A stretch of 64,000 bases of DNA, taken from NCBI GenBank assembly GCA_963777575.1, contig CAVZRH010000012.1:14714-78713 (forward strand), given 5' to 3'. Position 1 is the stretch's first letter. Each line of letters begins with the position of its first letter. Positions 53,312 through 62,707 of the stretch are shown in pieces. The position numbers and the translations under genes are program-made. The DNA is from an uncultured Solirubrobacterales bacterium (GTDB taxonomy: Bacteria; Actinomycetota; Thermoleophilia; Solirubrobacterales; 70-9). Below the pieces are notes generated by a model, which had not been told where the DNA came from, did not search any database, and worked only from the letters and a program-made list of their open reading frames with translations.

Positions 53312-55133
53312 GTGTTCCGTCTAGGCCAGGGAGAGTTGCTTCCCCCCCGCCACCCAGTTTTGGAAGCCTCAACGCTCACACACGCCCAGCGACGCGGTCT
53401 GTTCGCTCACCGCTCGCCGCTACTCCGCTTTCAGGAGGACGAGAAGCTCGTCGCCCTGACCCGGAGGGGTCACCAGCACGCCTTCGACACGCTCGTCGAG
53501 CGCTACCAGTCCCGCCTCCTCGGCTTCTGCCGGCAGATGCTCGGCTCGACCGAGGACGCGGAGGACGTGCTCCAGGAGGTCTTCGTGGCGGCCTACAAGG
53601 CGATGGTCGCCGACGAGCGCCCGATCGCCGTTCGCCCGTGGCTCTACCGGATCTCACGGAACCGCTGCCTCAACCACCTTCGTAAGCCCACCGCGGACGG
53701 GCAGGACACGATGGACACCCACCCCCACCTGAACGGGGTGACCACCCACGAGCGCGTCCAGCACCGCGAGGAGTTCCGCAGTCTCCTCGAGGACGTCGGC
53801 CATCTCCCCGAGACCCAGCGCTCCGCGCTCCTGCTGCGCGAGATCGACGCGATGAGCTACGAGGAGATCGCCAAGGCGATGGACACCACCGTCCCGGGCG
53901 TGAAGAGCCTGCTGGTTCGCGCCCGCATCGCGCTCGCCGAATCGAGCCAGGCCCGTCAGCTGACCTGCGACGAGGTCCGGATCGAGCTCGCCGAGGCCGC
54001 CGAGGGACTGGCCAAGGTCGACGGCGCCGCCCGCCGCCACATCAAGGGCTGCGACGCCTGCCGCGCCTTCCGCACCCAGCTTCGCTCCGACACCAAGGCG
54101 CTCGCCGCGCTCTTCCCGGCGGGCCCGCTGCTCATCCTCAAGGGCGCCCTGCTCGCCAAGCTCAGCGGCCTGTTCGGCGGCGGCGGTGGAGCCGCCGCGG
54201 GCGGAGCCGGTGGTGGCGGCGCAGCCGGCGCGGGCGCAGCAGGCGCTGGTGCTGGAGCCGCCGGAGCCGGTGGCGCAGCCGCCGGAGCCGGAGCCGCGGG
54301 AGCCGGCGCCGCAGGTGCGGGCGCCGCGGCCGCGGGTGGCACGGCCATGACCAGTGCCGCCGTCGGCGGCGCTGCAGCAGCCGGTGGAGCCGCTGGTAGC
54401 GCCGGGGCCGCCGCAGCGACCGGAGCGGCCGCCGCGATCGGCACCAAGGCCGCCGCCGGCATCGCGACCGCCGCGATCCTCGCCGGAGGTGCCGCCGAGA
54501 TCAAGCACGTCACCGCACCAGCCCGCCCAGAGGCCACAGCCCAAGGAGCGCACCGTCGTCCACAGGCCGCCGGTCGTCACCCCGGTGACCGCCCAGCCGG
54601 CCCCGGCCGCGCCTCCTGTCGAGACCCAGGCCGCCGCGTCCGCGGCCTCCACCCCGCCGCAGCCGACCGAGACCGTGACCGTCCCGCCCGAGTCCTCCGA
54701 CTCAGCGACCACCGGCGGCACCGCGAGCACGCTGCCGATCATCGGCGCGAAGCACAGGCGGCACCGGGGCAACAACATCGCGAACACGGACTCCAAGGGC
54801 TCGACCACCATCCCGCAGACCGGCCCGGTCACCACCGGCGTCGAGCCCTCGACGAGTGCCTGCGACGCCGACGGCGATGGCGTCACCGACCCGGGGGCAC
54901 CCACCACCTGCACGACTGGCACGACCGGCGCCACAGGGGCAACCGGCGTCGACCAGAGCGCCCCGGCGCCGGCGACGATCTACTCCGCGCCGCGTAAGAA
55001 GAGCAGCGCGCCGGCGAAGAGCAAGTCGAAGTCGCAGAGCAAGTCGAAGTCGACGAGCAAGTCGAAGTCGACCGGCAAGTCGAAGACCTCGGCGCCGAAG
55101 AAGCGCACCAAGCAGCCGAAGGCGCGAGCCTAA
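53312..55133 (+). pseudogene. ECF sigma-70 factor fused in frame to a ZAS (HxxxCxxC) anti-sigma domain, a Gly/Ala-rich tract, a Pro/Thr-rich region and a Ser/Lys repeat tail; frame change near 54505-54530
   Basis: Region 2 is FDTLVERYQSRLLGFC...RPWLYRISRNRCLNHLR. Region 4 is LPETQRSALLLREIDAMSYEEIAKAMDTTVPGVKSLLVRAR. LTCDEV...RRHIKGCDACRAF follows with no stop. The tail TVVHRPPVVTPV...KSKSKSQSKSKSTSKSKSTGKSK is in ORF 54354-55133. The start is uncertain (GTG 53312 or a downstream TTG). Confidence 0.7.
55020..55091 (+). repeat. Four tandem 18-nt coding repeats (agcaagtcgaagtcgNNN) encoding SKSKS(Q/T)-type units
   Basis: The units are 55020-55037, 55038-55055, 55056-55073 and 55074-55091. The last unit is diverged. 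Confidence 0.85.
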
Positions 55134-56077
55134 GCAGCAGCGGGCGTCAGCCCGATGACCTTCAGGCGCCGTCCGAGCGCCTGAGCGGCAAAGGCGTGGG
55201 TCTCCTCGCGACTCGCGCCGAAGAGCTCGGTGTTGTCCTCCTCCTCGGGCCAGGGCGGCTCGATCACTCCGTCGGCCACCGGTAGCGACTGCTCGAGCAT
55301 CCCCTGGATGACCCCCCGATAGCGGTCGTCCTCGCGGACGCAGTCGGTGAGGAAGCGGACGCCGAAGGCGATGTGGCGGTGCTCGTCGCGGGCGACGTTG
55401 GAGAAGCCCTCGACGAATCCCGGCAGCGTCCCGACCCGCTCGTTGTACTCGATGATGAAGTGCTGCCCGGTGAGGGCGAGCATTCCCTCGATCACCATGT
55501 GGTAGAGGGTGATCGCCTCGACCAGCGCGTCGCGGTCCTCGGGCTCCTGAGCGAGCCGGTCGACCCGGCTCTTCAGCAGGTCATCGAAGAGGGTCCGGAA
55601 GGAGTCGTTGAGGTGCTGGTCGAGCGCCTCGAGCCGCTGCGGCAGCTCATCGGTGCCCTCGAGCACGCCGACCTCGCTGAAGAAGCGGTCGAAGAAGCGG
55701 ACGTGGCGAGCCTCGTCGGCGATCTGCGTGCAGAGGAAGATCCGCTGCATCTCGGTCGGGCAGGCGCGCATGATCGGCCCGAGCTCGTCGGCGACCTTCT
55801 GCTCGCCGATGAAGAAGCTCGAGAGCCCGTACATGCGCTGGAAGCGCTCATCCGGCGGGATCCGCTCGTGCCAGTCGACCTTGTCCTGGGAGAAGTCGAG
55901 GTCCTGGGTCTTCCACTGCTGCTTCTCCCAGAGGTTGTAGAGCTGGGTGTAGTCGAGAAGCTTGACGTCGCTTCGGTCCCCCTGCTGGAGGGCGGGGTCG
56001 GAGGTCGCTTTGAAGTCATCCCGCTGCCCCCGCGACGGGCCGGTCTGCGCTGCGTCCTTTGCCTCGACTGGCTCCAC
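55130..56077 (-). CDS. Ribonucleotide-reductase-R2-like ferritin-fold di-metal protein (R2-like ligand-binding-oxidase type)
   Basis: Metal-ligand pattern E...EARH...E...DEHRH (FFIGEQ, QIADEARHVRFF, MVIEGML, ARDEHRHIAFG). No adjacent R1 gene. Its stop codon overlaps the stop of the convergent sigma gene. Confidence 0.75.
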   Translation of the reverse strand: MEPVEAKDAAQTGPSRGQRDDFKATSDPALQQGDRSDVKLLDYTQLYNLWEKQQWKTQDLDFSQDKVDWHERIPPDERFQRMYGLSSFFIGEQKVADELGPIMRACPTEMQRIFLCTQIADEARHVRFFDRFFSEVGVLEGTDELPQRLEALDQHLNDSFRTLFDDLLKSRVDRLAQEPEDRDALVEAITLYHMVIEGMLALTGQHFIIEYNERVGTLPGFVEGFSNVARDEHRHIAFGVRFLTDCVREDDRYRGVIQGMLEQSLPVADGVIEPPWPEEEDNTELFGASREETHAFAAQALGRRLKVIGLTPAAA

Positions 56078-56141
56078 TGCGTCTCCTCTCGTTGCCTGCC
56101 TCGCGGCAGCCTACCGGAGATCCTGGCTGGTCAGCCAGTTT

Positions 56142-56856
56142 TCAGTCGACGGTAAGGGACTCGCCCGGCGCCAGCACCGCCACCTTCGACTTCGTCTGGG
56201 ACTCGACGTCGGACTTGAACGCCTCGGCATCGGTCTCGATCGGCGGGAAGGTGTTGTAGTGAATCGGGATCACCGTCTCGGCGCCGATGAAGTCGGCCGC
56301 GACCACGGCGTCGTGTCGATCCATCGTGTAGTGGCCGCCGATCGGGATGAACGCGACGTCGACCGGGGTCCGCTCCGCGATCAGCCGCAGGTCGCCGAAC
56401 AGCGCCGTGTCGCCCAGGTGGTACAGCGTCTTGCCGCCGAGGTTGATGACCGCGCCCGCAGCGGCGCCGATCACGATCCCGCTGGATGGGCTGAAGGGCC
56501 GCGTCGCCCGCCGGGACGGTGCTGGTGTGGAAGGCCTGTACGAGCTTCACCCAGCCCCAGTCGAACTCGACGGTCCCGCCCAGGTTGGGGTCGGTGAAGT
56601 CCTCGATGCCCTGCTCGTCGAGCACGTTGGCGAGCTCGGAGATCGTCACGAACGAGGCCCGGGTCCGCTTGCCGACCGCGACCGCGTCGGCGAAGTGATC
56701 CTGGTGGGCGTGCGTGATGACGACATGGGTCGGATCCACGTCGTCCGCGGAGACCTTGGCGGCCGGGTTGTTCGGCGCCAGGAAGGGATCGATCAGTACG
56801 CGCGTGTTGCCGTCCACCAGCTCGACGGTCGAGTGGCCGATGTAGTTGATCTCCAT
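56142..56856 (-). pseudogene. UPF0173-type metal-dependent hydrolase (metallo-beta-lactamase fold); frame change near 56482
   Basis: MEINYIGHSTVEL...VVITHAHQDHF in ORF 56131-56856. GIVIGAAAGAVINLGGKTLYHLGDTALF...IPIGGHYTM...IPIHYNTF in ORF 56142-56474. Confidence 0.82.
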
Positions 56857-56861
56857 CTGGG

Positions 56862-57203
56862 TCAGTCCTCCTTCGTCGGTTCGGATTCCTGGTCTTCGAG
56901 CTGATCGGCCAATGCCCAGCCGACAGCCACGCCAACCATCATCCCCATGCGCGCTTCCTCGGCCAGCAGCGTGCGAACCGCCGTCAGCCGAGCCTCCTCA
57001 TCGGGCGTCGTCGCAGCCTTCAGCGCCTCGGAGTCGTGCGATTCGCCGAACCAGCCGCCGGCGCCCATGGCCTCGGCGAGGATCCTCTGCAGCCGGGGCG
57101 CCGCCCGAGCGACCTGGCGCTCCGCATCGCGGAAGGCGTCCGGCTCGGAGAGCGCCTCAATCGCCGCATCGATCTGCTCGTCGGTGTACGGCCCTCGCGC
57201 CAC
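56862..57203 (-). CDS. Hypothetical protein (113 aa)
   Basis: GC3-rich ORF tightly packed between neighbouring genes. No domain recognised. Confidence 0.55.
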   Translation of the reverse strand: MARGPYTDEQIDAAIEALSEPDAFRDAERQVARAAPRLQRILAEAMGAGGWFGESHDSEALKAATTPDEEARLTAVRTLLAEEARMGMMVGVAVGWALADQLEDQESEPTKED

Positions 57204-57228
57204 GGGCGGAACATACCCGCGAACGCGA

Positions 57229-57999
57229 TCAGGGTTCCTTGCGGCGCTCCCACATCTCGAGGCCGCCGACGTCGTGGTAGCCGAGCGTCTCGTAGACGGG
57301 AAAGCCGAGCTTGGTCGCGATCAGGGTCGAGGCTGACTTGCCGCGCTCTCGCTGCCGCTCCAGCGCGTAGGCGAGGAGCCGCCCGCTGATGCCGCGGCCG
57401 CGCACCTCGGGCAGGGTGGCGACGAAGGTGATCTCCGCGTCCTCGCCAGGGGCCCAGACGAGGGTCGACCCGACGGTCTCCCCTTCGATGCTGGCCAGGT
57501 AGGCCTCGGTGCCGGGCATGGGCGCGATCGGCGGGAAGTCGCCCGGCGGGTAGCCGTAGGCCGTCTCGTTGATCACGCGGAGCAGCTCCATGTCCATCTC
57601 CTCGCGCAGCTCGAGCTCGGGATCGGGATCGGGCACCCGCAGGCCGGAGAGCTCCAACGCCATCGCTCGAGGCGTGGCGTCGAGCACGTGACCGGCCTCC
57701 TCCAGGCCGGCCTTGGCCCGCTCATCCGTCGCCGGAACCCAGACCGTCCAGGCGTTGACCCCCGCGCGGTCGTAGGCCTCGGCGAGGCGAGGCAGGGAAT
57801 CGAGCAGGCGCTCGGTGTCGCCATAGAAGACGGAGTTGAAGAACGAGCGGTTGGGCGAGGCCTGAACGAGTGCCGCCTGGAGATCGCCGTCCGCCCAGAC
57901 TCCGCCCCCGCACGCCTCCGCCATCAGCTGCCAGAGCGGCGGCTGGTTGGAGAGCACCAGCTCGAACCAGCCTCGGTCGTCGGTGGGGAGGCCGCTCAC
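57229..57999 (-). CDS. GNAT family N-acetyltransferase
   Basis: Acetyl-CoA motif VATLPEVRGRGISGRLL. The GTG start overlaps the stop of the upstream methyltransferase (GTGA). Confidence 0.8.
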   Translation of the reverse strand: MSGLPTDDRGWFELVLSNQPPLWQLMAEACGGGVWADGDLQAALVQASPNRSFFNSVFYGDTERLLDSLPRLAEAYDRAGVNAWTVWVPATDERAKAGLEEAGHVLDATPRAMALELSGLRVPDPDPELELREEMDMELLRVINETAYGYPPGDFPPIAPMPGTEAYLASIEGETVGSTLVWAPGEDAEITFVATLPEVRGRGISGRLLAYALERQRERGKSASTLIATKLGFPVYETLGYHDVGGLEMWERRKEP

Positions 58000-58653
58000 C
58001 GCTTGCGGACCATGGTGATGCCGTCGGCGAAGCCGAGCAGCGCCACGTCCACGCGATCGTCGGTGGCCAGCCGGTCGTTGAGCTCGGCCGTCACCGTGGC
58101 GGACTGCGAGTCGCCGGGCTCGAGCACGGTCCCGCCGCGCAGGGTGTTGTCGAGCAGGATCAGGCCGTTCGGGACGGAGCCGAGTCAGGGTCTCCTCGAA
58201 GTAGTCGATGTACTCGGTCTTGTCCGCGTCGATGAAGGCGAAGTCGAACTGCTCGGTGCGCTCCATCGCCCGCAGCGTGTCGAGCGCCGGGCCGACCCGG
58301 ATCTCGACCCGATCGTCGAGGCCAGCCTTGCGCAGGTGCTCGCGGGCGCGCTCGGCGTAGCCCTCGTCGAGCTCACAGCAGACGAGGCGACCGTCGTCGG
58401 GGAGGCCGCGGGCGATCGCCAGCGCCCCGTAGCCGAGGAAGGTGCCGACCTCGAGCGCGTCGTGCCCGTTGATCGCCCGGACGAGGATCGTCATGAACGC
58501 CGCCTGGTCGCCGGCGATCTGCATCGCGGCGAGGTCGCCCATGTCCTCCCCGGCCTGCTCGACCTCGGCCACGACGCCGTCGCGGAAGGAGCTGTGCTCC
58601 ACCGTGTAGCGGTGGAGCTCCGGGGTGATCGAGATGAACTTGTCGAACGCCAC
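57996..58653 (-). pseudogene. Class I SAM-dependent O-methyltransferase (caffeoyl-CoA OMT-like); frame change near 58170
   Basis: ALEVGTFLGYGALAIA...FDFAFIDADKTEY in the frame of ORF 57229-59370. NGLILLDNTLRGG...ITMVRKR-stop is in another frame. Confidence 0.82.
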
Positions 58654-58655
58654 GG

Positions 58656-59438
58656 TCAGCCGGGGTGGCGCTCGCGACGGTTCAGCGCGGCGGCCAGCCC
58701 ACAGCCGGAGCCGACCAGGGCGCCGGCGAGGCCCGCGAAGACGTTCGCGTAGTCGTCGACGAGCGGCAGGAGGATGAGGACGGCGGCGGCCACGGCGGCG
58801 CCGATCAGCTCGACGTCCTCGTCGGGATGCGCCCGGACCTCGGCCGCCCGCATCACGCCCCAGGCGGTGAGCAGGCCGAGGGCGATGCCGTTGCCGCCGG
58901 CGGCCAGCAGGACGTCGTTGCTGCTGGCGAAGGCGGTTTCGACCCCGTCGGCCGCGAGCATGCCGAGGCCGCCGCAGGCGAGGATCAGGACGGCGGTGGC
59001 GATCATTCCGAGCCGCTGCTCGACCGCGGTCCCGAAGATCGCGATCCCGACGGAGGCGACGAACAGGTAGCCGATGTCGGGGTAGACGAACGGGGCAGCC
59101 AGATAGCGCCACCACTCGTTCTCGACCGGCCCGACGATCGCGCCGAGGTCGAAGGCGTCGATCGCGGGGCTCGCCACGCGCACGAGCAGCAGGATGGCCG
59201 GAATCAGGATCGCCGCCGCCACGGCGTAGGGCCGCTCGGCGAGCCTCTCGGTGCGCTGGGCCCGCGCCAGGCGGCGGCGGGCGCGGCGCGACTGCTGGGG
59301 CGCGAGCTCGTCGCCGCGAAGCTCGAGCTTCGGAGCCCTCTTTCGGAGCCGGGTGCCGCAGTAGGGGCACTCGGTCACATAGGGGCTGACCTCCTCGCCG
59401 CAGGTCCGGCAGACGACGCTTAGCTCAGGCGAGCTCAC
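58656..59438 (-). CDS. Rhomboid-family membrane protein with an N-terminal zinc ribbon; the catalytic residues appear to be substituted
   Basis: CRTCGEEVSPYVTECPYCG, then a rhomboid-like core WWRYLAAPFVY...GTAVEQRLG. GGNG occupies the position of the GxSG serine motif. ANVFAGLAG occupies the position of the AHxxG histidine motif. Confidence 0.7.
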   Translation of the reverse strand: MSSPELSVVCRTCGEEVSPYVTECPYCGTRLRKRAPKLELRGDELAPQQSRRARRRLARAQRTERLAERPYAVAAAILIPAILLLVRVASPAIDAFDLGAIVGPVENEWWRYLAAPFVYPDIGYLFVASVGIAIFGTAVEQRLGMIATAVLILACGGLGMLAADGVETAFASSNDVLLAAGGNGIALGLLTAWGVMRAAEVRAHPDEDVELIGAAVAAAVLILLPLVDDYANVFAGLAGALVGSGCGLAAALNRRERHPG

Positions 59439-59471
59439 TCCGCGAGGATAGTGCGAGGGCGCGCCCGTTTT

Positions 59472-59765
59472 CTAGGCGCGACCCGTTTGCTCTTGGTGCT
59501 CGGCCCATCTATTGAGCTCGTAGAGAATCCGGGCGAGCTCGCGGCCGCGACCGCTGAGGCGGTAGCGACGGCCCGGATCTCGCTCCAGGACGCCGGCGTC
59601 GACCAGCTCGCCGAGCCGCGCGGAGAGGACGGAGGGGCTGATCCCGGTCTGCTCCCGGAGCTCCGAGAAGGAGAGGGTGCTCCTCCGCAGCTCCCAGACC
59701 AGCCTCAGGGCCCAGCGCCGGCCGAGGAGGTCGAGAACGCCCTCTACCGCCCGTTCACCGGCCAT
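59472..59765 (-). CDS. HxlR family transcriptional regulator
   Basis: LDLLGRRWALRLVWELRRSTLSFSELREQTGISPSVLSARLGELVDAGVLER. Confidence 0.85.
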   Translation of the reverse strand: MAGERAVEGVLDLLGRRWALRLVWELRRSTLSFSELREQTGISPSVLSARLGELVDAGVLERDPGRRYRLSGRGRELARILYELNRWAEHQEQTGRA

Positions 59766-59893
59766 TAGTACGCATTCCGTATTTCACGCCGCAAAAAGTC
59801 GGTAATCCGATACTGAAAGCGTACTGAAGTGTCCGGAGGACGTTCGATTGCGGTCTTTTTGAGGCACCGCAGTCCCTGTGTCTCAGCGAAAAA

Positions 59894-61026
59894 TCAGGCG
59901 TCTGGGTCCGTGGCGGCGACGATCTCCTGCATCAGCCCGCCGATGTCACCGTGGTCCTGCAGCCAGTTGAGCTGGCGGCGCGCGCCGGTGCCGCTCTCGA
60001 CCAGATCGACCAGTCCGACGAGCTCGTCCTCGCAGCCCAGCTCGCCGGCGCATCCGCGGAGGTCCTCGATCACCGCGAGGGTCATCTCCTCCGCCCGGCA
60101 CCTCGAAGCCCTGATCGAAGTCGATCAGGTCCCCCTCGATGCCGACCAGCGCGGCGCGCACCTTGTTGTCGTCGATCAGCTCGTGCGGGTACTCGATGCT
60201 CGGCACCCCCTCGTCGTATTCCAGGGCAAGCCGGCGGGCGAGCGCCTGGGCGAAGGCGGCGAAGCCGATCGTGTGCTCGACCCTCGTCTGCTGGTCGAAG
60301 ACGCGCAGCTCGACCGTCCCCAGGTTGGGGTGGGGCCGCACGTCCCACCAGAGGTAGGTGTAGTCCGTGATCGCCCCGCCCCTCATCATCTGCTCGACGC
60401 GGTGGGAGTAGATCTCCCAGGTGCCGTAGTAGGGCGGGATCCCGACGCGCGGGAAGGCGCGGAACACCGGCGTGCGCGAGGACATCATCCCGGTGGTCTT
60501 GCCCTGCCAGAGCGGGGAGTTGGAGGACATGCCGAGCAGGAGCGGCAGGTAGCCGCGCATGCCGTCGGCCACGTAGATCGCCTTCTCGGCGTCGTCGATG
60601 CCGACGTGGACGTGGGTGCCGAAGATCAGCTCCTGCTGGGCGATCCAGCGGAGCTCCGCGGCGAGCTCGTTGTAGCGCGGCTCGTCGACGATCAGCTGGT
60701 CCTCGTAGTGCGCCGAGGGGTGGGTGCCGGCCGCGCCGATCGCGAGCCCGTTGCGGGCCGCGACCTCCCGGACGCAGCGGCGGAGCTGGCGGAGCTGCTC
60801 CGCGGCCTCGGTGATGTCCGCGCACGGGCAGCGTGGCGACCTCGAGCACGGACTGCATCAGCTCGGGCTTCACCTCGCCGGGCAGGTCGTCGGGCAGGTC
60901 GCCGACGATCACGTCGATCGCCTGCGCGAGCTCGAGGGTCTCGGCATCGCAGATCATCAGCTCCTCCTCGATGCCGAGCGTGAACGGCGTGCCACCGAAC
61001 TTGTGGTCCAGCACGCCGGAGACCAT
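59894..61026 (-). pseudogene. ybdK: Carboxylate-amine ligase (glutamate-cysteine ligase family 2, YbdK-like); frame changes near 60828 and 60090
   Basis: FTLGIEEELMICD...ELMQSVLEVAT (ORF 60082-61026). CADITEAAEQL...GTHVHVGI...SSNSPLWQG...WWDVRPHPNLGTVELRVFD (ORF 59946-60572 and its upstream frame). C-terminal ...GARRQLNWLQDHGD (ORF 59894-60085). Confidence 0.82.
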
Positions 61027-61115
61027 GACAGCCGCCGGGGATGAAGTCGGTCGATCCGAGCCCTGTAATCGGGCATACTGAAATTCCGAGGCTCAACCAG
61101 GAGGTAATCGAGAAG

Positions 61116-62036
61116 ATGGAAGTGAAGTCCGTCACCGAGCAGAAGTCACTGCTCGCAACGCTTTCGCCCGGCAAGCGCGCGCGGCTGCGCCGTCTGCTCT
61201 TCGACTACGGCCCCGGCAACGGGACGCTGATGCTGCTCCCGATCGACCAGGGGATCGAGCACGGCCCTCGCGACTTCTTCCCGAACCCGGCCTCCAAGGA
61301 TCCCGAGTACCAGTTCAGCCTCGCTGCGGAGGCCGGCTACTCGGCGATCGCCTGCCAGATCGGCCTGGCGACGCGCTACTACCCCGACTACGCCGGCCAG
61401 GTGCCGCTGATCCTCAAGGTCAACGGCAAGACGGACGTCCCGCCCTCGGATGACGCCTTCTCGACCACCAACGCGTCGGTCGAGGACGCCGTGCGCCTGG
61501 GCGCCGATGCCGTGGGCTACACGATGTACCTCGGCTCGCCGCGCCAGGGCGACGACCTGCACCAGCTCAAGGGCGTCCGCGAGGACTGCGAGCGCTACGG
61601 CATGCCGCTGGTGATCTGGGCCTATCCGCGCGGGCGGGACATCGACAAGAAGGGCGGCCAGGTCTCCTTCTACGCGATCGACTACGCGGCCCGCATGGCG
61701 ATGGAGATGGGCGCCGACATCGTCAAGCTCAACTTCCCCAAGTTCGACCCCGAGAAGGACAAGGATCAGCCGGCCCCCTACAACGAGATGGACGTCGCGC
61801 CCGAGGAGGCCGTGCGCCAGATCGTGGAGTCCGCGGGACGCTCGCTGGTGGTCCTCTCCGGCGGTTCGAAGACCGACGACGACACGGTCCTGTTGCACAC
61901 CCGCACGATCATGGAGGCGGGCGGCTCGGGCGTGATCTTCGGCCGCAACGTCTGGCAGCGCGAGAAGTCCGAGGCGCTCGAGATCATCGGCCAGATCAAG
62001 GAAACGCTGCTCGAGCACGTGCGGCGGATTCCGTAG
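61116..62036 (+). CDS. Class I aldolase of the DeoC/FbaB (DhnA) family
   Basis: RBS aggagg. LLPIDQGIEHGP, ILKVNGKT and ADIVKLNFP (Schiff-base lysine context). GGSKTDDD...GVIFGRNVWQ. Confidence 0.82.
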   Translation: MEVKSVTEQKSLLATLSPGKRARLRRLLFDYGPGNGTLMLLPIDQGIEHGPRDFFPNPASKDPEYQFSLAAEAGYSAIACQIGLATRYYPDYAGQVPLILKVNGKTDVPPSDDAFSTTNASVEDAVRLGADAVGYTMYLGSPRQGDDLHQLKGVREDCERYGMPLVIWAYPRGRDIDKKGGQVSFYAIDYAARMAMEMGADIVKLNFPKFDPEKDKDQPAPYNEMDVAPEEAVRQIVESAGRSLVVLSGGSKTDDDTVLLHTRTIMEAGGSGVIFGRNVWQREKSEALEIIGQIKETLLEHVRRIP

Positions 62037-62066
62037 CGGGGCGCTTTACTCGCCCCCAGACGCGTA
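62025..62066 (+). terminator. 14-bp perfect stem-loop overlapping the aldolase stop codon
   Basis: gcggggcgctttac-(14-nt loop)-gtaaagcgccccgc. No U tract. Confidence 0.5.
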
Positions 62067-62110
62067 AAGCGCCCCGCGGATAGTTCCGGGCCGCTGAGCA
62101 TCATCGAGGG

Positions 62111-62659
62111 GTGAGCCGACCGCTGCGACGCGGCGCCCTGCGGGCGCCCCTCCTCATTGCCGCTGTTCTGGTCGTCATCGCCGTCTCGCGCGGCTGCGGC
62201 GACGACGGCGACTCCTCTGAACCCAGCGGCCCGGTCAGCGCCCGCGTCACCCACGTCGTCGACGGCGACACGATCGACGTCACGATGCCGGACGGTGCCG
62301 AGGAGTCCGTCCGCTACATCGGCATCGACACTCCGGAGACCGTCAAGCCCGACACACCGGTCCAGTGCGGCGGCCCCGAGGCGCACGAGGCCAACGAGCG
62401 GCTGGTCGGGGGACGGACGGTGACGCTCCGCTTCGACGCCGAGCGCCGCGACATCTACCACCGTCTCCTCGCCTACGTCTACCTGCCCGGCGCGGGGCCC
62501 GGCGGGCATCCCCTGTTCGTCAACGCCGAGCTCGTCAGGCGCGGTCTGGCTCGGACCCTGACCATCCCGCCGAACGACTCGTTCGCCTCGCTCTTCGCCC
62601 GTCTGGCGGCCCGGGCCGGCGCCGCTGGCCGGGGGTTATGGGGAAGCTGCCCCCTATAG
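62111..62659 (+). CDS. Secreted thermonuclease (staphylococcal nuclease/SNase-like)
   Basis: Signal/TM segment, VVDGDTIDV, RYIGIDTPE, and RLLAYVY...NAELVRRGLA. Confidence 0.85.
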   Translation: MSRPLRRGALRAPLLIAAVLVVIAVSRGCGDDGDSSEPSGPVSARVTHVVDGDTIDVTMPDGAEESVRYIGIDTPETVKPDTPVQCGGPEAHEANERLVGGRTVTLRFDAERRDIYHRLLAYVYLPGAGPGGHPLFVNAELVRRGLARTLTIPPNDSFASLFARLAARAGAAGRGLWGSCPL

Positions 62660-62707
62660 TCAAGAGGCTTTGCTAGCTTGCCCGGTCGCCCCGGGGGGCT
62701 GATTCTT

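Noticed and set aside
53956-54537. Pro/Ala-rich 193-aa minus-strand ORF
   Set aside because: It is the mirror image of the Gly/Ala-rich coding tract of the sigma/anti-sigma gene. It has no independent support.
57229-59370. A single 713-aa minus-strand ORF
   Set aside because: It is actually the GNAT gene, plus the N-terminal part of the O-methyltransferase that happens to share its frame, plus out-of-frame read-through of the rhomboid gene. Internal start/stop overlaps (GTGA at 57996-57999) and the domain boundaries support separate genes.
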